A DNA stretch of 64,000 bases from an uncultured Fibrobacterota bacterium (GCA_963753345.1 CAVWBU010000016.1:197150-261149), one strand, 5' to 3'. Positions 30,901 through 43,998 are shown, numbered from the stretch's first letter. Notes: generated from the sequence alone by a model not told the origin. A program made the numbers and translations.

Positions 30901-33900
30901 CGTAACGGACTGGTCCTTAAAGTTCACCGTGTCGGTCGCAAGGCTGTACCAGACGCCCACCGAGTCGACCCGCGACGTGTCGATGCTGTTGGCGTTGTCG
31001 AGATAGATGCGCGCAGTGTCGTCGGGGAGGTACACGCCCGAGATGAGGAGTGGGTTGACAATGGGCATTGTGTCGCGCATGAGGACCTTGGCGCCGTTGC
31101 CGCTGTCGAAGGGCGTGATCTTCTTGTCGGTCCAGAGAATGCCCGTCATGAGGCCGTAGACGCTGTCGCTGCCGGTGAGGCCGGGCACGGCCACGGTGTC
31201 GGCGAACGAGGCCCCGGCGGCGCGCAGCGCGGCCGCCGCATAATACTTGATGAAAGCCGACTGCGAAGGCGTCTGCGGCCATGCCGACACCGCGTACCAG
31301 AGGCCTATGGAATCCGCGGACACGGATGCCGACGGCGGCGTTATCGCGTTGTATCCGGTGAGCCTGATGCGTATCTTCTGCGGCGAAACGTACGACCCGG
31401 TCATCTGGATGGGATTGGCGCCCGGGTTGTAGGCAAAGATCTGCGACGACGCGGTATCGGCGCCGCCGGGCCCGGTCACGGCAAGACGCACCGTGTAGGT
31501 GCCTGCCTGGGTGAAGGAATGCGTCGGGTTCTTCGAGGTCGAATCGGCCGTGCCGTCGCCGAATTGCCAGATCCTGCTTGTAAAGTTCCCTGTTGACGAA
31601 TCGTAGAACGAAACCGCGAGGGGCACCTGGCCCGAGGCCGGAACTGCGGAAAAGGCCGCGTGCACTTTTCCGTAGACAATCACCAGGGCCACGGCGCTCG
31701 TCACCGGCTGGCCGCAGGCGGCGCTCACCACGCAGTGATAATGCGCGCCGCTGTCGGCCGTCTGCGCCACAAACGCATAGGAGGCGGCTGTCCCGGCCGC
31801 TATCGCGGTAAACACGGTGTCGGTTGCCCCCTTCCTCTCCCACCGGTACGAAAGCGACGTTCCGGTCGCGGTGACGCCGAACGTAACGACCGTGCCCGAA
31901 GCAACGGTGTCGTTGGCCACGATCCACGCCGTGATCGCCGGGGGGTCGCACACCGTGAGCGTGACCGCCGGGGAAATGATGGAGCCGCACTTGCTGGTGA
32001 TGGAGCAGTGGAACTGGAGCCCGTTGTCCGATGCTTTGGCGGTCCTGACGTACGCGGCGGAGGTCGCTCCGGAGTCGTTGGTCCACACGTGGCCGTCGGC
32101 GCTCTGCTGCCACTGATATCCTATGTTTGTCCCGGCGACGACGACCCTGAAGGTGGCGGTTCCGCCCGTCACCACACTGGTGTCCTTAGACTGGCTGGCA
32201 ATTGACGGAGGAGAACACACCGTCAGGGTCGCCGCGGTTGAGGAATCCTTCCCGCACCCGTTCTGGATGGCGCACCGGAACCTGGCATTGTTGTCCGCTG
32301 CGGTCGCAACGAGCTGGTAGGTCGCCGTGGCCGCCCCGGTCCCGCCCGTCACGTTCGCCCAGGTGACGCCGTCCGCGCTTCTCTGCCACTGGTACACCAG
32401 CAGATTTCCCGCGGTGGAGATGCCGAACGTCGCCGTGTCCCCGATGTTTTTGTCCTGGTTGCCCGGCTGCGACACCACCTGCGGCGGCGTGCACACGGCA
32501 AGCGCCGCGCTGTTCGAATTTGCAGGAACGCCGCAGCCGTTGGAAACCGTGCACCGGAAAAGCCAGCCGTCCTGGTTCGACGCGGTTGTAAAGGTGTACG
32601 CGGCGGTTGTCCCGCCCGGGGTCACGTTGGTCCACGTGCCGCCGGCGTTTGAGCTCGACTGCCACTGGAACGACGGCGCCGGGTTTCCGCTCCCGACAAC
32701 CGAAAATGTCGCATTCTGGCCGGCCACGGCATTCTGGTTGACGGGTTGCGTGGCTATTGAAGCTGCAGTGCAAACGCCGATTGAAACAATGGTCGAATAA
32801 AGCTGGCCGCAAGGATTTGTGATATTGCATCTGAACTGGGCCGTGGAGTCTCCGGTGGCAACCGTAAAACTGTAGGAAGCAGTGGTTGCACCTGTCCCGG
32901 CAGTCACATTGGTCCACGTCGCCGCGCCGTCATCGCTTCTCTGCCACTGGTACGAAGGGGAGGTCACCTCTGCGGCAAGCGCCAGGCTGAACGACGCCGT
33001 CTCTCCAACCTGCTTGCCCGGCTGCGACACCGGCTGCTGGGTTATGGCAGGCGGCGTGCATACCGAAAGCGTTGCCGCCGTCGAAGTGGCGTTGAAGCAG
33101 GCAGTGGAAACGACGCACCGGTATTCCCACCCGTTCTGGCTTGTCGCTGTTGCAAAGGTCAAGACCGGAGTGATCGCACCGGCCACGTTGTTCCAGGTGC
33201 CGCCGCCGTCAATGCTGTTCTGCCACTGGTACGAAAGCGACGGCGTGCCGGTGGCTGCAACAGTGAACGTCGCCGTGTGACCGGCCGTGTCGCTTATGTT
33301 AACAGGATTCGCCGTGATCACGGGCTGGGAACAGACCGTGAGCGTCGCGGAAGCGGAGACCGCGGCGCTGCCGCACCCGTTGGACGCGCTGGCGCGGTAG
33401 AGGTATCCGTTCTGGGTCGCTGCCGTGGAAAAAACATAGGTTGCGGCTGTGGCGCCCGGCACGTTGTTCCATGTCGTCCCGTTGTCCGTGCTGTTCTGCC
33501 ATTGGTAATTGATAGTTCCGCTGCCGCTCGCCGCAGCCGTGAATGTCGCGTTGGAACCGCTGTTGACATTCTGGTTCGCCGGGTTCGCGGTGATCGCAGG
33601 CGGCGTGCAGACGCTGAGCGTGGCCGGAGTCGAGTACGCGATGGTCCCGCAACCCGGTACCGTTGCGCCGCAATGGTATTTATACCCGTTCTGGCCTATT
33701 CGCGGCAGTAAAGCTATACGCTTGGCGAGCCCGCGCCGCCGATGTCGTTGAACGTGTTCCCGCCGTCGGTGCTCACCTGCCATTGATAATAGAGACCCGT
33801 TCCGCCGCTCGCCGCAGCGGTGAACGTGGCTGTCTGGCCGGAAATCACGCTCTGGTCCGAAGGATTCGTGGTGATCGAGGCGGCAACGCAGACGGTGAGA

Positions 33901-36900
33901 GATGCGGCATTGGATGTTGCGCTTCCGCCCACGCACGCATTGGTGACGACACAGTGGAATTTTGCGCCGTTGTCGCTTCCCGCGGTTGTAAAGGAGTACG
34001 ACAAGGTGTTCGCCCCGTTCCCGATTGTCACGTTGTTCCAGGTGTTTCCGCCGTCTATGCTTTTTTGCCATTGATAAGCGGGACTCGTCACGTTTCCGGG
34101 GATCGTAATCGAATACGTTGCCACCGCGCCCGCGATGCCCGACCAGTCGGACGGCTGCGTGGCAATGGACGGCGGCGTGCAAACGGTGAGCGTGACTGCG
34201 TTGGAAACCGCGGGAGTGGCGCAGCCGTTTGCGACCAGGCACTTGTACTGGTTGTTGTTGTCCGTCGACGCCGTCGTGAAACTGTAGGTGGCCGAGGCTC
34301 CGCCGGACGGCACGTCGCCCCAGGTCACGCCGTTGTTGGGGCTGTACTCCCATTCATACGTGAACGCTCCGCTCCCGATGGCGGCCACGCTGAAGGAGGC
34401 GACTTGACCGGCGGTAACGCTCTGGTTGGAAGGCTGCGTGCTTATTGCCGTGGGCGTGCAGACAGCGAGTATCGCGGCATTTGTATAGATAAGATTGCAC
34501 GTGTTGAACACCTCGCACATGAACTGCGCGCCGCTGTCGCTCTGCGCGGTCGTAAATGAATACGTCGAATTTGTCTGCCCGGTAAGATTGTAGAAGGTGT
34601 AACCTCCGTCGTCGCTGCGCTGCCATTGCAGCGAAATGTTGGGCCCTGCCGCGGATATTGTAAAGGAAGCAGTTTGCCCTGCCAGCACGCTCTCGTTTTG
34701 GGTGTTAACGGTCACGGACGGCGGAGTGCAGACGTTGCAGACGGCAGCAGACGAGGTGGCATTGCCGCAGGTGCCGGTTACCTGGCAGCGGCAAAAAACG
34801 ATCGCGAATCGACCATTAGGTCGGTTGTAAAGGTATAGAGTCGGGGTAGTTCGCCGGTACCGTAATGCGAAATGGCTCCACGGCTTTCCGGTCCCGGGAG
34901 CTATACTGCCATTGATACGTGAGACCGGTGCCCGTCGCAGTCACGCTGAACGTGGCGTTCATCCCAGAAGGCACGGTATCGGTCTGGGGCTGCACCGATA
35001 TCGAAGGCGCCACGCAGGCCGGAGAAACGGAAAGTGTGGCATAGTTGGACGCAACAGTGCCGCAGGCATTGGTCACGTTGCACTTGAACCATGAACCGTT
35101 GTCCCCGATCACCGTTGCGAAGGTGTATGTTGTCGCCGTGCTCGCTCCCGCCGCGTTGTACCATGAGGTGCCGCTGTTGTCGCTGCGCAGCCATTGGTAT
35201 GAAGTGGCGCCTGTTGCGGTAACGCTGAAGGTCACGTTGTTCCCGGCACTCGTGGCCTGATTCGTGGGCTGGACAGTGATGGTGGCCGTCGGGCACAAGA
35301 CCGTGAGTGTCGCCACATTCGATGTTATGGTGCCGCATGCACCGGTCACAACACATTGAAACTGGGCGCCGTTATCCGCAGGATATGCAGTGGTAAAGCT
35401 GTATGTTGCCCCAGTTGCGCCGCCGATGTTTGTCCAGGTTCCGGTGTTCCGCTGCCATTGATATGTGAGACTGGAGCCGGTGGCTCCGACGGTGAAGGTG
35501 GCGTTCTGGCCCGCGTTGACACTTGTGTTGGAAGGCTGAGTGCCTATCGCGGGTGCAGTGCAGGTGACGGTGAGCGTAGCCGCGTTCGACGTTGCGTTTC
35601 CAAAGGAGTTGCTCACATAGCAGCGGAATTGTGCGCTGTTGTCCGCAAGAACCGTTGTGAAACTGTAGTTCGCGGTGGTGCCGCCTGATCCGCCCGAGAC
35701 ACTGTTCCATGTGGTGCCGCCGTTATTGCTGCGCTGCCATTGATAAGAGAGACCGCCGCCGGAGGCGACGACTGAGAAGGACGCAAGACTGCCCACACTG
35801 ACGGATTGGGACGAGGGTTGTGTGGTTATTGTGGGGATAGTGGTTGCTATCGGGGTAAAAGCAATCCATGTAGGGTTGGTTTGCTGGGACTGGTAGCAAA
35901 GATTCATCCAATCAGAAGAGCGGACAACGTTTGAAATTTCAACCTCATTGACTTGCCCTTGAAAGAACTGACCCCAGTTTGCATAATATTTTGATCCGAT
36001 CTGGTTGTAGTAATAGGTAGCTGCACCGAGAGGCGCATTATTTGTTGTTATTGCTCGAGAAACCCCATTTACATAAATAGCGGCAACTCCTGCGGTGGTC
36101 TTTGTGACACCTACATGCATCCAAGATGTGGATGGATTGGGGAAACTACCGTCAGTAGTCCAATCGTCATGGAGAGCATCTGAATTAGCACCTCTGCTCA
36201 AATTCAAATTACTGGTAGCATTGTATCGGTTGAAATCTATATACGAGCCACCAGTAGCCGAGCACATACTAATAATATTATCCTGATTACTGGTTCCGCT
36301 GGACCATACCCATGCGGAATACGTGATGTTTGGGGCAGTGGCAAAATTAATCCCATTGCCAAGATTTTTGGTTGCTTTTGTACCCGTGGTATAAAAATTA
36401 TTGTTAGTGGTTGCAATTGGAGTTCCCGTAGTATACCCGGTACCACCGGAAACTATGGAAATGGCTCCAACTCCTATTGCATTATTTCCACCGTTCGTTG
36501 TATTTCCGGCTGTCACTTTCACCGTTGCATTACCTCCGCCTCCAGAAATTGTCAAGGTATCACCAACGAAATATCCAGTACCTGCAGCCACAATAGTTGC
36601 TCCAGTCACAACACCTCCAGCAGCCGTAATATTCAAGGTGCACCCGGTTCCTTCACCGGAACAAGTATTAAAAGAGACGCCGGTAACAGCACCTCCGCCG
36701 CCCACAGAAGTAACATTGACAATTCCTCCATCTCCCCCGGACACGAGCAGTCGGTCACCTACGACATAGCCGCTTCCACCGGCTATTGGTGTAGTACTGA
36801 CTCCAGTTATAGACCCTCCCGCATTGACGGCGGTAACGTTTACCGTGCATCCGGTTCCAGAGGCACTTCCAAATATCGCAATGTATTTGCCAAGCAACCC

Positions 36901-37485
36901 GTTGCCAAGATTTTGTCCATAGGCAATTTGTCCAGAAACCTGATCGCCGCTGACCATATTATTTCCAGTGCCTGGATACACTCCAGTCGCATCAGCGTAC
37001 CCGGCAAAATTAGTGTTACCCTGCTCATTAAGGTGCCATACGCCCAAAAATCCGTTCGAACTGTTGAATACGTTGGCCCCGTTCGATTGGCTCGTCGCCC
37101 CCGTATTCCCCCAGTACATCTTGAACTGCGTCTGTCCGCCATTCGTAGTCCCGACCACATTGTCAATCTTCACCCATATCTCCGCGACCTGGTTCGCGTT
37201 GTCCCAGCGCTCTATCTGATACGGCTGCGGGGTCGTTCCGTCCATCTTGGAAAAACGGATGTCCGAACCGTCCGAATTGGCCTGGCTGAATATGCTGGGG
37301 GAGAAAGTGCTGCTTGTCAACCGTATGAGTACCGGGAAGTTCGCCTGGTCGGTGGCGACGCCGGTCGGCGCCGTAAGGGTCACGATATACGCGTGCAGCC
37401 ACGGCGAAAAATCATCGGCCCGCGCCCAACCGCTCACAAGCAGCACTGCTGCTGCCGCGGCAATCAATCTTCTGTCAATCTTCAT
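27955..37485 (-). CDS. Giant adhesin-like protein (~3,170 aa if rejoined): DUF2341-like + LamG + ~15 Ig-like repeats + PKD + FN3-like + FlgD/T9SS-CTD-like tail; frameshifted near 34800-34900 and 33690-33725
   Basis: Signal peptide; NFPVLIRL, DGSDIRF, YQIERWD...AEIWVK; GVWHLNE; FQGQVNEVEISNVVRSSDW; repeated I..QP....V..G..ATF.V.A.G....YQWQ...W; F.DSSTG...W.FGDG (PKD); YPNPF...IYDLRGR..W..WD.R...G..V.AGVY. ORF pieces 34816-37518, 33714-34715 and 27955-~33690. Confidence 0.85.
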
Positions 37486-37782
37486 TTCCCCCCACCTCAT
37501 GCTTTGCTCAGCCGACACTCTGCCACGGCCTGCTTGCGTTTTCGCAACCTTCTGGCGCGCTCATCAGCACCCATTCCAGCGCAAAAAGTCACCGTTAGAC
37601 ACGTTGCCCCGCTTCAATCCATATTATACAGCAGATCTCGAAAAAATACCGCACTTAATCGCATAAACCGAAAAATACAATATGCCTTTTTCAACCGCAT
37701 AACTAACAACCACCACACATCCTATGGTATGCGGTTGCCAAATTGACCACAATTGTTCAAATGTAAATATTAGCAATAAATC

Positions 37783-38261
37783 TGGGCGTTCCCCCATCTC
37801 AATTGTAGATTGTAGAATGAAGATTTGAAATGCGAAATGCGAAGACCAACCAGAATCTCTTTTCAATCTAAAATCATCAATCTAAAATCTACAATTAAGA
37901 GTCCGGGCGGCATCCCGCTGAGGCAACAGAATTCTATTCAGTCAATCACTTCTTCTTGCGCCAATTGGCATTCGAAACGCAGTATTCAGCGCATTCTCTC
38001 TATATTTCAAACTTTCCAACGTTTCAACTTTTCAACGTTTCAACGCTTTTTCTTCTAAGCTCCTCAACTTTTCAACTACTCTCCATGGGTGCCCCCACAG
38101 CGGAGTACGGTTTAGCCACTATCTTTTCTCGGGGTGCACCCAGGAGGGGGAGCGCCCGCCCAACAGGAAGGGCGGATAGCGCCGGAGGACCGGACGCGCA
38201 TGTTCAAATTACTGGTTTGTAAAGCGGCGCGGCCGGGCCGCAGCGAGGGGGAGCCTTCCCC
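37783..38261 (+). repeat. Structured intergenic repeat, disrupted A + linker + B (locus 7)
   Basis: A start tgggcgttcccc; an AT-rich inverted heptamer tract replaces the A core; remnant tccgggcggcatcccgct; linker ctattcagtcaa..cttgcgcca; B 38085-38261. Confidence 0.85.
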
Positions 38262-38298
38262 ACCCGGACGCTTTCTCTTGTTGGCAGGTTAATCTCAA

Positions 38299-38718
38299 TC
38301 AGATTCCAATCTCAATTTCCCTCTCACCATTCCCCTTGTCAACTAACCGTATCGTCACCGCATTCTCAGGCAAAACATCCGGAAACATATCGGCCCACTC
38401 AACCAGAACCACGCCGTCGGAGCGTGCGTATTCGTAGAAGCCGATCTCGGTAAGCTCTTCTTTACTCTTGAGCCGGTAGAAGTCGAAGTGGTACACGGGG
38501 AAGTTGGGCGATTCGTGGATATTGACAATGGAGAACGTTGGGCTCCGCACCGACGCGGGTCCGCACAGCGCCTCCACGAACCCGCGCACGAACTCGGTCT
38601 TGCCGGTCCCCAGTTCGCCGACAAGGGCGAAGACGTCGCCGGGAGAAGCAGTCGCCGCAAGGCTTGCGCCGGCAGATCTTGTATCTTGCACTGACTTGGA
38701 GATTATCTTTTCAGCCAT
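38299..38718 (-). CDS. tsaE: tRNA threonylcarbamoyladenosine biosynthesis ATPase TsaE
   Basis: GELGTGKT, SPTFSIVN, YHFDFYRL, LVEWAD. Confidence 0.95.
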   Translation of the reverse strand: MAEKIISKSVQDTRSAGASLAATASPGDVFALVGELGTGKTEFVRGFVEALCGPASVRSPTFSIVNIHESPNFPVYHFDFYRLKSKEELTEIGFYEYARSDGVVLVEWADMFPDVLPENAVTIRLVDKGNGEREIEIGI

Positions 38719-38740
38719 TGGTCTTTCTCTTTTGTCGTTT

Positions 38741-38778
38741 TGACCTCACCCCCGTCCCCTCTCCGCTCGGAGAGGGGA
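38741..38778 (+). repeat. REP-like palindrome (second copy of the 3556 type)
   Basis: tgacctcacccccgtcccctctccgctcggagagggga. Confidence 0.75.
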
Positions 38779-38941
38779 GAAAAGAGACAAAGTGACAAAG
38801 GGCAAACGACATAATGGAAGGTGCAAAGCACCACTACCAAACCCTCAAGGAACGTAGGGACAAAGTAATTCTTTGTTTCCAACTTTTCAACGCTTCAACT
38901 TTTCAACGTTTCGACGCTTTTTCTTTTCAACTGCTCTCCTC

Positions 38942-39086
38942 GGGTGCCCCCACACAGGTGTTTGATTCTTGCAGCAGGCTCTTCTTGGGGTGCACCCAGG
39001 AGGGGGTAGCGAAAGACCGGCGCGCGATTGGCCTGAGTTACGAATTAGGGGCGCGCCGGGCTGAAGCGAGGGGGAACCTTCCCCCA
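38942..39086 (+). repeat. Structured intergenic repeat, module B only (locus 8)
   Basis: gggtgcccccacac...ggggtgcacccaggagggggtagcgaaagaccggcgcgc...gagggggaaccttccccca. Confidence 0.9.
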
Positions 39087-39109
39087 CCAATAATTAATTT
39101 GGGATTTCT

Positions 39110-40678
39110 TTACTTTGGCTTCATTATTGCCAGCGGAATTATTATCTCCTCCATCGAAATCCCCCCGTGCTGGAAGCTGTTCTGGTACTGCCGCTGGTGG
39201 TTTTCGGCCTTGTCCGGGTAGACAAAGAAGTAATTCTCGCGCGCGATGATGCAGTACGAGTTGAGCGAGAACGCGGGGAGCCTGAAGATCGTGGGGTCGG
39301 AAAGAAACAGCGCGTGACGCTCGTCGCAGGTGATGTTCTCGCCGAACTTGTAACGGAGGTTGCGCGAAATTTCGCGCGAGCCGTACACCTCGGTGCCGCG
39401 CGTGCACAGCGTGGAGCCGTGGTCGGTGGTGAGGATCACGGTGCAATCCTGGCCGGCGAACTCCTTGAGGATGGCAAAAATGGTGGAGAACTGGAACCAC
39501 GACTGAGTGAGCGAGCGGAACGCGGTCTCGTCGGGCGCGATCTCCTGCAAAATGCTCGACGTGGAGCGGCTGTGCGTGAGCATGTCCACGAAGTTGACGA
39601 CAATGGAGACCAGCTGGTCTTTCTCGTAGGAGGCCGCCTTCTTGAGAAACTCCTTGGAATCCGATGCGTCAAGGATCTTGACGTACCGCGGGTCGTCGGG
39701 ATATTCGAGGCCGCAGGCCCGAAGCTTTCTGGCAAGGAGCTGGCGCTCGAACCGGTTGAGGCTGCTCTCGTCGTCCGACGGCGTCTTCCACAAATCGGGA
39801 TAGTCGTTCGCGATGTCCATGGGAAATTTCCCGGCGAACAGCGCGTTGCGCGCGAACGGCGTTGACGTGGGAAGAATGGAGAAAAAGTAGTTGCGCTCGA
39901 TGTCGAAGTACCTCCGCAGGAGCAGCTCTATGGCGCAGTACTGGTCGAGCCGCATGCAGTCGAGCACCACGAAGTAGACTTTCTTTCCCTCCTTGAGCCG
40001 CGGCACCAGAAACGTTTCCACGATGTTGGGCGACAGAAGCGGCGGGTTGTTCGCGCCCTTGAGCCACTGGCCGTAATTCTCCGCGATAAAATCGCCGAAC
40101 GCCGCGTTGCAGTCCGATTTCTGGCCCGCATGCGCCTGCCGCAGGCCCTCGTCCTCCACCTTCTCCAGTTCCAGGTCCCATTTGGTAAGGTTTTCGAAAA
40201 GGCGGGTCCAGTCGCGCGCGGTCATGGGGGCCGACATGGCAAGCCGGGTGTCGGAATAGTTGCGCACGAATTTCTGCGTGATCTGCGTGGAAATGATCTG
40301 CTTGGAATCGAGCAGCTTCTTGCACACTGAAAGGATCTGGCTCGGATTGACCGGCTTGGTGAGGTACCCGTCGATCTTCTTGCCGAGCGCCTCGTCCATG
40401 AGGTGCTCCTCTTCGCTCTTGGTGACCATCACCACGGGCATGTCCGGCGCGATCTCCTTGATTTCCTCGAGCGTGGTGAGGCCGTCCTTGCCCGGCATCT
40501 GTTCGTCGAGCAGAACGATGTCGAACGCCTTGGCGTTTTCCTTGATCAGGTGGATGGCGTCGTGGCCGGAATACACGGGCGTCACGTTGTAGCCGCGCGT
40601 TTCAAGGAACATGATGTGCGCGCGGAGGAATTCTATTTCGTCGTCGGCCCAGAGAACGTTCTTTCTTGTACCGCTCAT
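39110..40678 (-). CDS. porX: PorX-like response regulator (REC + PglZ alkaline-phosphatase-like domain)
   Basis: LWADDEI, LLDEQMPGKDG, TKSEEE, KPVNPSQIL; DCMRLDQ, SILPTST.FARNA.FAG, NFVDMLTH, TTDHG, FQHGGISMEE. Confidence 0.88.
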   Translation of the reverse strand: MSGTRKNVLWADDEIEFLRAHIMFLETRGYNVTPVYSGHDAIHLIKENAKAFDIVLLDEQMPGKDGLTTLEEIKEIAPDMPVVMVTKSEEEHLMDEALGKKIDGYLTKPVNPSQILSVCKKLLDSKQIISTQITQKFVRNYSDTRLAMSAPMTARDWTRLFENLTKWDLELEKVEDEGLRQAHAGQKSDCNAAFGDFIAENYGQWLKGANNPPLLSPNIVETFLVPRLKEGKKVYFVVLDCMRLDQYCAIELLLRRYFDIERNYFFSILPTSTPFARNALFAGKFPMDIANDYPDLWKTPSDDESSLNRFERQLLARKLRACGLEYPDDPRYVKILDASDSKEFLKKAASYEKDQLVSIVVNFVDMLTHSRSTSSILQEIAPDETAFRSLTQSWFQFSTIFAILKEFAGQDCTVILTTDHGSTLCTRGTEVYGSREISRNLRYKFGENITCDERHALFLSDPTIFRLPAFSLNSYCIIARENYFFVYPDKAENHQRQYQNSFQHGGISMEEIIIPLAIMKPK

Positions 40679-40788
40679 GAAGTACGCCTCGTTCTATCGG
40701 CTTGTTAACATAATACGGAATTCCACCGCAGAGACACGGATGACACAGAGGAACCCTCGATGATTTCCAAACCGTCAACTGTCAACCG

Positions 40789-42180
40789 TCAACTTCTTTC
40801 AATTGCTTTCCCTGTACCTTCGCCATTATTCTTGCCAATCATTTTATCTGAAAATAATTGATCTCGGGTGCGGCCGTTTCCGGGCCCAAGTTTTCCCTGG
40901 CTATCCATGCGCGCGGGCAGGTCTATGAAGAACGTGGTGCCCTTGTCCTTCTGCGACCAGAAAAGGTATATCTTTCCCCGGTGGTAGTCCTCCACGATCC
41001 GCTTTGCAAGCGTGAGCCCCAGGCCCCACCCGCGTTTCTTGGTGGTGTAGCCCGGCGCGAACACTTTTTTCTGGTCCTCCCACAAAATGCCCTTGCCGTT
41101 GTCGGTGTGCGACACGCGCACGAACCTGTCCGCTTCCAGATACTCGGTTTTTATCTCGATGAGGCCGTCGTTCTTGACAATTGCGTCGACCGAATTCTTG
41201 AGCAGGTTTTCGAACACCCACTCGATAAGCTGGCTGTTGGCCGAGATTTTCGGCAGAACGCCGGGCGTGAGCCGGATTTCGATGTGCTTGCCGAGGAAGG
41301 GCAGCCGCGTGCGGAAATAGACCGCCGCATCGTTGAGCACGGCGTTGATGTCGCACGGGACAAGCGCCGGGACCGATCCGATCTGCGAGAACCGGCTGGT
41401 CACCTTGCGCAGGCGCGAAAGGTCGTTTTCCATGTTTTCGGCCACGGCGTGCACCTGCTTGACAAAATCCTCCGGATCGATCGGCTCCTCGGAGCTCATG
41501 AGCGAGCGCGTGTATTCGATCCATCCCATAAGCGACGAAATGGGCGTGCCCAGCTGGTGCGCGGTCTCCTTTGCCAATCCCACCCACAGGTTGCTGCGCT
41601 CGGTGACGCGGATGTTCTGGAACCCCAGAAACGCGAAGAAGATGAACGCGGCCACGAGGCCCGCCTCGATGTACGGCATCCGCGACAGGCTGTAGATGAG
41701 CTCGCTGTTGCCGAACACGAGGTACCCCAGCTTCGTCTGCGTTTCGCTCAGGTAAAGGACCTTGGGCGCGTAGCTCTCCTTGTATTCGGCCATCTTGGTC
41801 CGCACCAGGCCCACGGCCCCGGCCGACGAGTCGTGCGGCTGCACTTCGGTGCGGTTGAACATGGTGCCCACGTACACGTTGCGCCACATCACCGGGTTCC
41901 ACGTCGTGTCGGTGATGACCACGGGAATGTTCGTCTTGCGGATGATCTCCTCGAAAATCACGTTCATTTCCTGGTTGCTCATGCGCTCGGTGATGGCGGT
42001 GCGGATGAGTTCGGCGTAGGTCTGGGTCACGCTCACGGCGTCGCCCTGCAATTGCATGATGATGGTGCGCGTGTACTGCGCGTACCATATGAATCCGGCG
42101 ATGCACGCGAGCAGGAGCACGTAGCGTCCGGTGAAAGGCCGGATGCGCATGAGGAAGCGGTAAAATGCTGCGTTGGCCAT
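40789..42180 (-). CDS. Membrane-bound sensor histidine kinase
   Basis: Two TM segments; LAKETAHQLGTP (H-box), ENLLKNSVDA, DNGKG, GWGLGL. Confidence 0.93.
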   Translation of the reverse strand: MANAAFYRFLMRIRPFTGRYVLLLACIAGFIWYAQYTRTIIMQLQGDAVSVTQTYAELIRTAITERMSNQEMNVIFEEIIRKTNIPVVITDTTWNPVMWRNVYVGTMFNRTEVQPHDSSAGAVGLVRTKMAEYKESYAPKVLYLSETQTKLGYLVFGNSELIYSLSRMPYIEAGLVAAFIFFAFLGFQNIRVTERSNLWVGLAKETAHQLGTPISSLMGWIEYTRSLMSSEEPIDPEDFVKQVHAVAENMENDLSRLRKVTSRFSQIGSVPALVPCDINAVLNDAAVYFRTRLPFLGKHIEIRLTPGVLPKISANSQLIEWVFENLLKNSVDAIVKNDGLIEIKTEYLEADRFVRVSHTDNGKGILWEDQKKVFAPGYTTKKRGWGLGLTLAKRIVEDYHRGKIYLFWSQKDKGTTFFIDLPARMDSQGKLGPGNGRTRDQLFSDKMIGKNNGEGTGKAIERS

Positions 42181-42267
42181 ACTAATAATATCTTCTTTTA
42201 CAAATAGTAATTCTTGTTAAATCGATTAAATAATTGACAATATACAATATTTAATAACTTATAAAGC

Positions 42268-42693
42268 TGGGCGTTCCCCTCGCCTTCGTCAAGTCTCAGG
42301 CTCGGGTCGGCCCTCCTTCCGGTCTCGGCCTTCGGCCTCGGGCCGCCTCGGCCCTAGGCCGCAGTAGCGGCGGGTCCGGGCGGCACCGCGCTCCAGCGCA
42401 GCCTCCAGTCCTGCCTAACGCGCGGCAGAAGAAATCTATTCTGTAAAGCTTTATCTTTGCGCCAGCCTGAATTCTCAAGGAGCAAAACAACGCTTTCTGC
42501 TTGAACTGCTCGACTCCTCAACTTATCAACCTTTCAACTATCTCTCGTGGGTGCCGCCACAGCAATGTATGGTCTTGCAGCAACTTTGTCAAGGCGGCCA
42601 CCCAGGAGGGGGTAGCGGAGGACCGGCGCGCGTTTGACAATATATTGAAATGCTTAGCGCGCACCGGGCCGCAGCGAGGGGGATACCTCCCCC
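42268..42693 (+). repeat. Structured intergenic repeat, complete A-linker-B (locus 9)
   Basis: A 42268-42421, linker ctattctgtaaa..tttgcgcca, B 42547-42693. Confidence 0.92.
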
Positions 42694-42712
42694 GCCATAA
42701 TTTTCATTTTTA

Positions 42713-43998
<1,286 letters not shown>

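Noticed and set aside
33690-34353. N-terminal ~220 aa of the 2132-aa ORF as real protein
   Set aside because: An out-of-frame Arg-rich reading; the real Ig repeats there are in the 33714-34715 frame.
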